A stretch of DNA of 64,000 nt from Sphyrna mokarran (taxonomy: Eukaryota), in contig JAGIQG010000023.1 in NCBI GenBank assembly GCA_024679065.1, positions 10,168,001 to 10,232,000 on the forward strand, given 5' to 3'. The notes under the pieces are model-generated. The model was not told where the DNA came from. It saw only the letters and a program-made list of their open reading frames with translations, and did not search any database. This document shows, piece by piece, positions 51,257-61,482 of the stretch. Both the position numbers and the translations under genes were made by a program. Position 1 is the stretch's first letter. The number at the start of each line of letters is the position of its first letter.

Positions 51257-52512
51257 TTTATTTCCCTCAACGGATCCTCAACTTTGTCAAAATCAGCAAC
51301 AGACATCTGGCCAGTCTCCTGCGTGAATACCAACGCAAAGTATTCATTCAGGATCTCCCCCATTCCCTCAGGCTCTAAGCATAGATCCCCTCCTCTGTCC
51401 CTGAGAGGTCCAATCTTGCCTCTAACCATCCTTTTGCTCCTTACATAGGTGTAAAATGCCTTTGGATTTTCCTTTATCCTACCTGCCAGAGCCACCTCAT
51501 GGCCCCTTTTTGCCTTTCTAATACCCCTTTTAAGATCCCGTCTACACTCTCTATAAGCTTCCAGTGCTGTCTCAGTCCCCAGTTGCCTAGATCTAATGTA
51601 AGCCTCTCGCTTCTTCCTGATCAAGTCCTCAATATCCCTGGTAAGCCACGGTTCTCTAATCCTACCTTTCCCATTCTTCCTCCTTGCCGGCACGTATCTT
51701 TCCTGCAGAGAGTTTAGTTTTCCCTTGAAAGACTCCCACATGTACCTCGTCGACCTGCCCTCGAAAAGCTTATCCCAGTCGGGATCTTTAAGATCTTGCC
51801 TAATCTGGCTGTATCTAGCCCTCCCCCAGTTAAATACCTTCCCTTTTGGGCCGGTCTCGTCCTTTTCCATTAATAGCCTAAAGCAGACAGAGTTGTGATC
51901 ACTATTTGACACCTGCTCTCCTACCTCGATGTCAACCACCTGGCCTGGCTCATTCCCCAGAACCAAATCCAGTATAGCCCCATCTCTAGTCGGGCCATCC
52001 ACATACTGCTCCAAGGACCCTTCCAAAACACACTGTACAAATTCCTCCCCGTCCACTCCTACAGCTCTGGGCCCTCTCCAATCTACTCCAGGAAAATTGA
52101 AATCTCCCACTACTACTACCCTATTTTTCCTACACTTATCTAAAATGTTCCTGCATATCCCTTCTTCCACGGCTCGCGGGCTGTTGGGCGGTCTGTAGTA
52201 AACACCCAACAGAGTAACCACTCCCTTCCTATTCCTCAACTCCATCCATAGAGACTCAATTCCTAAATCATCCATACCTCCCTCCCTCTGCACTGCTATG
52301 ATGTTGTCCTTAACTAATAAAGCCACTCCCCCGCCTCTCCTCACACCAACTCTGTCACGCCTAAAACACTTATATCCTGGAATATTCAATCGCCAGTCTT
52401 GCCCCTCCTTCAACCACGTCTCGGTCACCGCCACCACTTCTAAACTCCTCGTGAACATTATTGCCTTCAGTTCATCTGTTTTGCCAGTCACACTTCTCGC
52501 ATTAAAACACAT
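51257..52512 (-). CDS. CR1 ORF2, APE endonuclease and linker (RT lost in the gap)
   Basis: FNARS, VTETW, GGGVAL, YYRPP, VGDFN and SDH motifs; no stops up to the gap. Confidence 0.9.
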
Positions 52513-52622
52513 GCACTGAAGACCCTCAGCTCTCGGATATTCCTTTCTACCTTCTGGTGTTACCCTATCATCCCTCTATCTCCCACTCCCAGTTCCCTCT
52601 CTCTCCCCACCCTCCCTCCCTA

Positions 52623-53528
52623 TTAGTTTAAACACTTCTGAAACACTCCAGCTAACCTCCCAGCTAAAATATGTGTTCCCCTCCCAGTCAACTGCTCCCT
52701 ATCCCTCTTGAATAGGTGACCATCCCTCCTGAAGACCTCCCAATGATCAATGAATATGAAGCCTTCTGCCCTATACCAATCCCTCATCCATGCATTTAGT
52801 TGGAGTGTCTCATTTGTTTTTACCCAATCAGTCCCGGGCACAGGCAGCAGGCCAGAGAACGCCACCCTGGAGGCCCTACCTTTCAGTTGAGCCCCCAACT
52901 CCCTAAACTGCCTATGTAAGTCCCCCCTGTGCTTTGTTCCTACATCTTTCTGTCCTACGTGAACTATTACATTTGCCTTAGACCCTTCTCCCTTCAAAAT
53001 TCCCTTTACCCTCTCTGAAACATCCTGGACCCCTGCTCCAGGGAGGCAGACTACCATCCTGGAGTCTCTCTTTTGCCCACAGAAACGCCTATCGATCCCT
53101 TTAACCATCCCATCCCCCACCACTATCTCACTTCCTGCTTTCCCGCCGGTCTCTGTGGCATTCTGTTCCCCCTCACTTGCCCTCTCCATCACAGCTTTTA
53201 CCCCTCCCTTGGTTTTCTTGGAATCCTCCTTTGAGATGGCCTTTGTGCCTTGATTTTTATTCTTGTTCCTCGTAACTGTAACCAGCCCGTCCCTACTACT
53301 AGATCCTGGGGTCCCCGCAGGACTACCTTCCCTATTCATTGTAACCTCATTTTCCCTCACTAGACACATGTCCTCCAAGTGCAGCTCCAGCTGTCTCAAC
53401 TTTGCTCTTAAACGTTGCAGTTCTAAACATTTTGCGCATATGTGGGCCTTCGGGAGACGTGATGCCTCCAAGAAGGTCCACATATGGCAGCGTACGCAGT
53501 GAACGCGTTTGGCCAAGTATCGTGGCAT
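52623..53528 (-). CDS. CR1 ORF1 (zinc finger/leucine zipper + SGNH esterase-like)
   Basis: CxxC..CxxC, coiled coil, VVGDG..LPGAGVQD..HVGQKD; 301 aa intact. Confidence 0.9.
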   Translation of the reverse strand: MPRYLAKRVHCVRCHMWTFLEASRLPKAHICAKCLELQRLRAKLRQLELHLEDMCLVRENEVTMNREGSPAGTPGSSSRDGLVTVTRNKNKNQGTKAISKEDSKKTKGGVKAVMERASEGEQNATETGGKAGSEIVVGDGMVKGIDRRFCGQKRDSRMVVCLPGAGVQDVSERVKGILKGEGSKANVIVHVGQKDVGTKHRGDLHRQFRELGAQLKGRASRVAFSGLLPVPGTDWVKTNETLQLNAWMRDWYRAEGFIFIDHWEVFRRDGHLFKRDREQLTGRGTHILAGRLAGVFQKCLN

Positions 53529-54345
53529 TTTGTATACCCCCTTTAAAGGTGTTGAGAAAAGTGTTGATTAGGTAGGAATCAAGGTACTCACCGTGTCCAA
53601 GCCTGCGCTCGCCCAAGCCCAGTGAGCTTAAGCCCTTGTTGTTCTCACTCTAATTCCCGTCTCACTCCGCTGCCCGCTCCCGACGCTGCCCGCTGTCTTA
53701 CCTTGGCCTTCCTTTTATACTCCCGCGCTTCCTTCCCTGCAGCCCCCCGCGCCTATCTCCCGCTACGGAGCGCCGAAATAAACACTCTAACAACTAAAGT
53801 GCAAGACAGAAATTGCAAGTCAGGAATCTCACCAGCCACTCTCCAAAAACTCTGCTCCGAAGTACTTTGTTACTTTGAAGGTTATTTTGAAGACATACTC
53901 AATAATTATCCACATAATGCTTTACATCTTTAGTCACATTCGGCCACCAGCATCCCTTTAATTTAATCATCAATTGTTTCAGCTCCCTGATGACCCTGAT
54001 CATCACGATTTTGGTAAACGATTTGATTACAATCTTGGGTTGGTACCACATACAATCCATTCTTAAGAATAAGCCCATCCTGTAGTTGAAACTTATCTTT
54101 CCATTTGTTCTAAGAAGCAGGGCATGCTCCATCTTGTAGCTGTTCTGAAATATCACCACCTCACTGAACCTGTTTAAGATCTTCCAGATGGAATTCTCTG
54201 ACCATGTGGATCCAAAAGCCTGCCTGTCTGTCAATGGGGTTTCACATTGTCTGCAACCTGCCTGCTGAAATTCCAGTGGGGATGGGATAGGAGAATTCTA
54301 GCCTCCATACTCACCTGACAAACAGTAACAGCATCTTTGTATCAT

Positions 54346-54620
54346 GGGTCATACGGTGACACAGTGGTTAGCACTGCTGCCTCACAGTACCAGGCACCTG
54401 AGTTCTATTCCCACCTTGTGTCAGTGTCTGTGTGGAGCTTGTATGTTTTCCCTGTGTCTGCATGGGGTTTCCTGTCACAGTCTGAAAGACGTACTGGTTA
54501 GTTGCATTGAGCCAAACAGGTGCTGGAGTGTGTCAACTGGGGGAATTTCACAGTAACTTCACTGCAGTGTCAATGCAAGCCTTGCTTGTGACTAATAAAT
54601 AAATAAACTTTTACTTTAAC
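54346..54620 (+). mobile_element. tRNA/V-SINE with L2-type tail
   Basis: Head ggtgacacagtggttagcactg, V core, tail ttcacagtaacttcactgcagtg..gtgactaataaataaa(cttt)n. Confidence 0.7.
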
Positions 54621-55661
54621 TATCTCTTCACCTACTTCTATTTGTAACATACATAAATGACTTGGAAGAGGGAGTAAGTGGAGTGATCAGCAAGTTTGCA
54701 GACGATACAAAGATGGCTGGACTTGCGAATAGTGAGGAGCATTGTCAGGCGATGCAGCAGGATATAGATGGGCTGGTAGCTTGGGCAGACAGATGGCAGA
54801 TGGATAGATCTATAAACATAGACAGGGATCACGGGTAGAGGTGGGAACATCGGGGTGGCGGCGCAGGCTCGTTGGGCCAAAGGGCCTGTTTCCCGCGCTG
54901 TTTTGTTCTTTGTACTGGAGGCTGCTATGATTTTTCCTTTTCAAGCACCATGTTTTATCAATTCATCTACTCAAGAATTCCCAATGGGAGAGGTTGTGTG
55001 ATGTGCTCCAATGATCCCATATTCCCATCCTTTGACAAAATGAAAAATATATTTTAGCAAAGGTGCTGACAGTTGAGGTTTCTGAATCATTGAAACAAAA
55101 CCTCTCACTTCCCACAATGGCAGGACATCAGTTCCACTATTGCAGACAAACCTGCTGTCAGAATATAGATATATCAACACAGTATGGAAACATACCAGGG
55201 TGACTAACCACATAAACCACAGCCGTCAGCTCAGCTGCTTGAGCACTCATTCCACTGGATAGTTTTGCAGCTAAATCAACAAGAGCTATTCCTCGATCAA
55301 CCTCAACATAGAACCCACATCCTGTCACTCCTCCACAACAGAAGATCCAGCAAAAAAAATATTCAAAGACCATTTTGTGTCTGCCCTCTGTACAGGTATG
55401 TCAGATATATACCAGATCGAGCAGGCTTCATGGATCAGCCCGATTTTATTTTGGCAGAAATGGCTCCTTGGGATTACTTGTTGCCACTATTTAACACTCA
55501 TGAGACTCACCGCTGCAATTTAGATTGTCAGCTCAGAAACTGGGCAATTTAGTCTGTTTGGCTGTAATATCTTAATCCTGAAGCATTAAAGTCCAATGTG
55601 CTTTACAGATTGGACTGATCTTAGCAACTGAGTATTTGACAAAGAAACTGAGAGACCATGT

Positions 55662-56740
55662 TGACTACAGTTCCTCACACCCCACATCCTGTAAGAAGCC
55701 CATTCCGTTCTCTCAGTTCCTTCGCCTCTGCCTCATCTGCTCAGATGATGCTACTTCCCAAAATAGACCTGCCAATATGTCTTCCTTCTTCCTCAATTGT
55801 GTTTTTCCATCTACTGTGGTTGACAGGGTCTCAACCATGTCCAGTTCAGCCCCTGGACTACTGCTCTCACCCTCTCCCATCCCTCCCAGAATCAGGATAA
55901 AGTCCCCCTTGTCCTCACTTTTCACTCCACTAGCCTCCAAATTCAAAGGATCATCCTGCATCATTTCCACAAACTCCAGTAGGGTGCCACTACTCAACAC
56001 GTCTTCCCCTCAAATCACCCCCAACCCCATCAGCATTCCGCAGGGATCCCTCTCTCCGGAACACACGGGCTCTCTCCTCCATCACACCCAACACCTCATC
56101 CGCTGCCCACGGCATCATGCCATGCAACCATAGAAGGTACAACACCTGCTCCTTTCCTCCTCCCTGCTCACTGTCCCAGGTCCTAAACAGCCATTTCAGG
56201 AGAAACAGCACTTCACACACACCTCCTCCAATCTGGCCCATTGCATTCACTGCTCTCAATGTGGTCCACTCTGCATTGGAGAGACCAAACACAGACTGGG
56301 CGACTGCTTTGCTGAACACCTATGGTCTGTCTGCAAGTAGAACCCTGACCTTCCTGTCACTTGCCATTTCAACACACCGCCCTGCTCTCCTGTCCACATA
56401 TCCGTTCTTGGCCTTTGGTAATGTTCCAGTGAAACCACAATGCATACTGAAGGAACAGCACCTCATCTTCTGATTGGGCACTTTACAGCCTTCTGAACAG
56501 AACACAAAGTTCAACAACTTCAGAGTATGAACTCTCCCCTCCACTTTCACACCTTTCCTATTTACTTTATTCTCGTCTTCATCCATTTTGTCATCTTTCT
56601 TTTTCACTTCTATTTTTCCAGTGCTCCATTCCAGCTCTCCTTCTTTCCCCGTTCACCCCCTCCCCACCTTTCAGTGAAACTGCCACATTCCTCAGGCTGT
56701 CCTTTAAACAATCTGTACCTCTGTTCTGCAATTCTCGCAT
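55662..56740 (+). mobile_element. Penelope-like element fragment (RT C-terminus + GIY-YIG endonuclease)
   Basis: DYSSSHP..IPFSQFLRL..ICSD and CIHCSQCGPLCIGETKHRLGDCFAEH motifs. Confidence 0.85.
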
Positions 56741-56749
56741 TCTGATTAC

Positions 56750-57250
56750 CACACCACTGAGCTCGCTGCTGGGTGTCTGAAATGACCCTGATGCAAAAAG
56801 GTTCAGAGCAGCCGTCACCTTAATTCCCACAGGGAGCGGGTGGCTGCCCCTTGCCTGAGTTGTCAGGTGGTGTGAGCACCTCACATAGGTGCTGCTCCGT
56901 GCTCTTGGAGATCTGCAGCTGGTGAGGGCACATCACCTCTGAGAGGGCCTCAAATGAATTCTGGGGTTTGCGCCTCCTTGCCCTCTGCGCCCTCCGCCTT
57001 CTGTGCACCCGTTTGGGAGACTGCTCACCCACTTGCTGGCCCTCAGCGGCAGCCCCCTGCCCTCTTTCCTGAGGGACTGGGATTGGCTGCTCCTGCGGTG
57101 TTCTCCCCACACTCTCCACCTCCTGAGCTGCCTCCTCCTCCTCTTCATCCGCCACCATAATGGAGAATTCCAAATCAGTTCAAGGTCTATCTGCAGAGTG
57201 GGGTTGGGAAAGAGCAAAGAATGACAGATTAATGTCATTGGCTGCACTGA
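56750..57250 (-). mobile_element. PIF/Harbinger transposase N-terminal relic
   Basis: LPVGIKVTAALNLFASGSFQ..SGV is HARBI1-like. Confidence 0.7.
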
Positions 57251-58586
57251 CCCAGCATCACCTCAATCCCTCACTTGGGCCGGTACCCCCACTTGTGGGA
57301 GCTGGCAACACCACACAATCCATGGTACCGATTAGGTTGTGTGAAATTTCCATCATGACAAATGCTGACACAGATTACACAGGCGGGTGTGCAGCCGTGG
57401 GCAATGCGCACTCTTGATCCATTGCTCTGTTACAGGCAGGTGTTGCTGGTCCGTGTCCCGGGGTAGGGAATCAGCACCAGATGGGTGTCCAGTGACAGCA
57501 GATTTCATGCACTCCTTGTCTGAACCTTGGCACTCCGGCCTGGAGCACTAGCTGCTTATTCTGGTCGGGCCTCAGTCAACACATGGTGCACTCCTCCACC
57601 CCTCCCCCTCATTTTCCCCCAGAAGCGCCCTAATCTTTGCCTCAGCAACAACATTTGTCATTACTGTAAACGCCGGAGGAGGTTTTATTGAGTGAAAGGT
57701 ACTTTATAAAGAGCAAGTTATTGCTGTTGTTGTTGATTCCATCAATGAGTTAATAATAAATAAGTTAATAATTCATTGCCCATATTAAATTGCCCCATTG
57801 TGTCAGGGGATTAGCAGGTTAAATATGTAGAGTTACAGAGATAGAGTCTGGGTGGCATTGTGCAGTCTCAATGAACCAAATGGTCTCTATCTGCACTGTA
57901 GGATTCTATGATAAAAGGCATTTTTAAAAAGAGCAAGTTATTGCTGTTGTTGCTGATTCCACCAATGGGTTAATAATAAAAAAAAACATGTTTTTCCACT
58001 TAAGGTTGTGGTCAATAAGAGTTCTAACTTTAGATTTACTCAGTTTGAAGTTCTTACCCACGTGTAAAAGTTTGTTCTCAGAGTTCTGAATTTTTCAGAT
58101 GGTTCCAGTGTTTTTTCATTTTTTATTGAGTATAGAATTTTGTGAGTGGCAGCTTCATTTTAATTAGGAACCAATTTACAGCAATATTCCATTAATTCCT
58201 CAACTTCTTTAATGGTTGATCAGAAAGGCAAAGAGAGAGATTGACATTGGAAATAAATGTTGGTTCATGTTTGCTGCAACTTGCAATGCTCGTGGTTTGA
58301 AACTGCAAGAAAAATGTGTTGCTGTCCTCAGGATGGTGTGAGACAGAAACCCTGTGAACGTACAAGAGGTGTTAGATACCAAATGCAGAGCTGTGTTTGT
58401 AACAGCAAGAACATCAGCATTGATACAGAATTTGTTCGAGGCAAACAGCATGGGGGTTGCTACGTTTCTTGAACATCAGATGATGCAGGGTGAAGTAGGA
58501 ATGACCAGGGATCATCTCAGCTACACCACGGTGTGGACAAGTTATCCCAGAGAGAAAGGCATCAGGGAATGAGTATCAGAAATCCA

Positions 58587-59640
58587 AGAGGCAATTCTCC
58601 TAAAAGGGCTGAATTGGTGGGAAAACTGTTCTAGATCGTGACTGTTTATCCAATGCAGCTCCTCACTCAAATCTCTGCACTTTGTGCAATGCTGGGGTCA
58701 GAATCGGGAATCTTATGAAATACCTGGGGGTGGGGCCTATTTGCACCGGAGTCTGATAGCTCTGGAACTCTGAGCGTGTGCAATGGTCCTGATCTGTCAG
58801 TCTCCCCATTTGCTGGCCTGCCCAGGACCCTCACAGTTTTGACCCTCCAGCAGCCCGCACCCATGACAATTCCCAGGTCAGCCCTGACCCTCCATGCCCC
58901 CATCCTGGAGCACCCCGATATCCAGTACATTCCCCCCAGTAGTGGTAATCCCCCCACACCCCTCACCACGGCAGAACATCCCCTTTTGCTGACCCCTCCC
59001 CAGAGTCAGATCTTCCCCCTACCTGGGAGGGAGGCAAGCACCCCACTCCTGGAAGACCCACTCATCCTGACCCGATCGCTGGCCTCCCTTCCTCCAATCC
59101 AGATTGATCGCCATGCAGAGTGGCAGTAGGACCCCACACCCCCCACCGACTGCCTCGAAGCCTCGCCAACAATAAACCTCACTCCCTTGGCACTTTCCGA
59201 TGCCTCGTGGGCTGTGCCAAGTGCCCCTGGGTATGGGCACTTTGATGTTTGGGCAATGCTGGGGGAACAGTTTGGCATTGCCGGGGGTCCATGGCAAGCG
59301 GGCATGAACCCCCTGTGGAGCCCCGATAATTCCCCCTTCATTATGGTGGGGTCTCCCGCTCGTTCCCCAAATGTGGGGAGTTATTCTAAACCCTGCCGAG
59401 TGAAGTGCTCCTGGTGCGATGTGAGATTCAATTGGGCCCAGGAAGTTCCCGATAATCGCATGCAAAACATATTCAAAAAAGATTCAAATCACTTACCTGT
59501 CTCCCCGTCGGTTTCCAGTGTGGTCTGGACTCCGACTGTCCTCCAGCTCTGGGAGAAGCGCATGTGTTCCCGGCGCTTGCGCAAATCCCTGAATTTTCCC
59601 ACCGGAAAATTTGCTAGTCATGATTGGAGAATCACATCCC
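58587..59640. mobile_element. GC-rich non-autonomous DNA transposon (Harbinger-type), right-arm specific
   Basis: Termini ggcaattctcc..ggagaatcac; no counterpart in the left arm; no credible ORF. Confidence 0.5.
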
Positions 59641-60573
59641 TCCTTCTCCCTAGAAACTACAGAATAGATGGAGTTGATTCAGCTCATTGTGCTGGAGTTG
59701 GCTCATTGAACAATAGTCAAGCTCAATCCCAGATCCTCAATTTTCACAAGTGGGAGGGACCATCCCTGATTCATGACCCTCCTTCCCCTGTCAATTGTAC
59801 TCACCATCCTCTCTGGTGCTAACATTGACTGACCCTGGTGACTCCACCCAAGTCAGCTCCTGCTTGGACCTTCATCATTAGCTCGCTCCAAAACTGACTG
59901 CAGTCCCTGCAGCGACCACAGCTCCTGATGGTGCTGCTGTGACTGAAGAGCTGCCAACCCCCTGATTGGCCAGCAGGTCTCCTATCCCTGTTGTAACAGT
60001 GCTATAATGGGCTGGAGGAGAACTGCTCGCAGAGGCCAAGTCTAAGAACAACCATGGCCTTGCCAGCCTCAGTGTAAAATGACTGAGAGATCAGAGTGGG
60101 CAGGAACCCACTCTGCAAATAATCCCGTCTCTGCAATTTTATTCACTCTCCCCACGTGAATACCTACTGAGGGGTGGAGGGTGGGGAGCGGTGCAGTGAC
60201 AGGATAGTGTGGAATGTGAAACTCAGACCCATGACTTTATATCAGTTTCCTTGCTGCATCTATCAGTTTGGTATTGATACAATCTCTGGGGAAACTGGGG
60301 AACTAGGGCCACAACTTGTACATTTCTGAATTTAATTGCACGCGCACCCTCTTTACTGACTCATTTATTCCATAATAATTCTAAATGTTTGTTAGCCTTC
60401 TCTGTTCCTCTCATTGAAAAGTCCGGGTCAATAATTCAATCCAGGAGAGAGTGAAACTCCGGAGTTTATAATTGTTCACATTCTGGACCAAGACTGATGT
60501 TCCGAGACTGAGCATTCTGTGGTCTGTTTAGCGAATAATTAATTGGCAGATATCACAATTTCATTCAAATCAG

Positions 60574-60916
60574 GGTGTCATGGTAGCACAGATGTTAGCA
60601 CTGCTGCTTCACAGGTCCAGGGTCCTGGGTTTGATTCCGGCTTGTGTCACAGTCTGTGTGGAGTTTGTCCATTCTCCTCATTTCTGTGTGGGTTTCCTCT
60701 GGGTACTCCGGTTTCTTCCCCACAGTCCAAAGATGTGCGGGTGAGGTTGATTGGCCATGCTAAGAAATTGCCCATTAGTGTCCAGGGATGTTTAGGTTAA
60801 AGGGATTAGTGGGCATAATGTGTACGGATATGGGGGTAGGACCTGGATGGGATTGTGTTCAGTGCAGACTTGATGGGCTGAAAGACCTCTTTCTGCATTG
60901 TAGGGTTTCATGATCT
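60574..60916 (+). mobile_element. V-domain tRNA SINE (HE1-like), right-arm specific
   Basis: tRNA head, V core and CR1-type tail; empty site at ~36288 in the left arm. Confidence 0.75.
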
Positions 60917-61445
60917 ATTTAGAAAGATCCACCATTTTCTAAAAGCTAATGGAGGAGACAAAACAAGCAGCCAGTAACTTGTAATTAGTTTGACATTTCT
61001 CATTGTCTCTGTTCATTGGCCAGTTTACACACTGTGGTATTTTCAGCAAATTCTGGGCCTTCCTGTTTTCAGCAATAGTGCAGGAAGTGTCAGGGTGAAC
61101 CACATTTCTCATGATGTCAACAACCACATTGAGCAACACTGTCAAAACCAGGCAGTAACTGTCCACAGGTCACCAAAGAGACAGATGTAGAGCTGTTCCT
61201 GCTGGAACAAGGAGATCAGCAGCTAAAAAGTATCTTTCGAGCTGGCACACCCAGTGATAGCAATGGCCAGCTGGCACCTCTGTTCTGGAGCTTTCTGAAG
61301 GGTGGAATTTCTGAGGCCTGGCTTACTGCTTTCTCCAATCTTATTTCTGTTCTGTGTCAGAGTTTATTGGATCCGCCTTTCAACATTGCAACAAAGAGCT
61401 GGGTGACAGACGATAAATACTGATTGAAACATTGCCAAGAAAACA

Positions 61446-61482
61446 ATGTGGATTCTGATTCTTTTCATCTTTTCTCTGCCTG
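61446..61482 (+). CDS. Leader exon (MWILILFIFSLP) of a second, divergently transcribed Ig receptor paralogue; its downstream exons lie beyond the window
   Basis: ATG..CCT G|GTGAGTAA; differs from the left leader only by TTA>CTG (both Leu). Confidence 0.85.

Larger units (their letters stand above)
50912..53862 (-). mobile_element. Young CR1 LINE insertion (spans the assembly gap), TSD TACTTT
   Basis: Intact ORF1; ORF2 open up to the gap. TACTTT at 50906-50911 and 53863-53868. The integrase continues on both sides. Confidence 0.85.
49490..55660 (-). mobile_element. Fragmented retrovirus-like pol (RNase H + integrase), interrupted by Rex/Babar, CR1 and SINE insertions
   Basis: RNase H SAQAAELTAV..YSDSRFV (~55000-55370); IN zinc region CWWPNVTKDVKHYV (~53900-54000); IN core YQPQSSGVVERMN (~49980-50030); C-terminal SPSLYKV..WYYGNQMKVY (~49500-49590). 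Confidence 0.8.

Noticed and set aside
51073-51448. ORFs reading through the N gap
   Set aside because: Artefacts of translating Ns; the two sides are different sequence types.
58667-59822. Several 100-211 aa ORFs in GC-rich DNA (also 26297-26788 and 41826-42323)
   Set aside because: They lie in GC-rich transposon-like relics, overlap on both strands and show no domain motifs.
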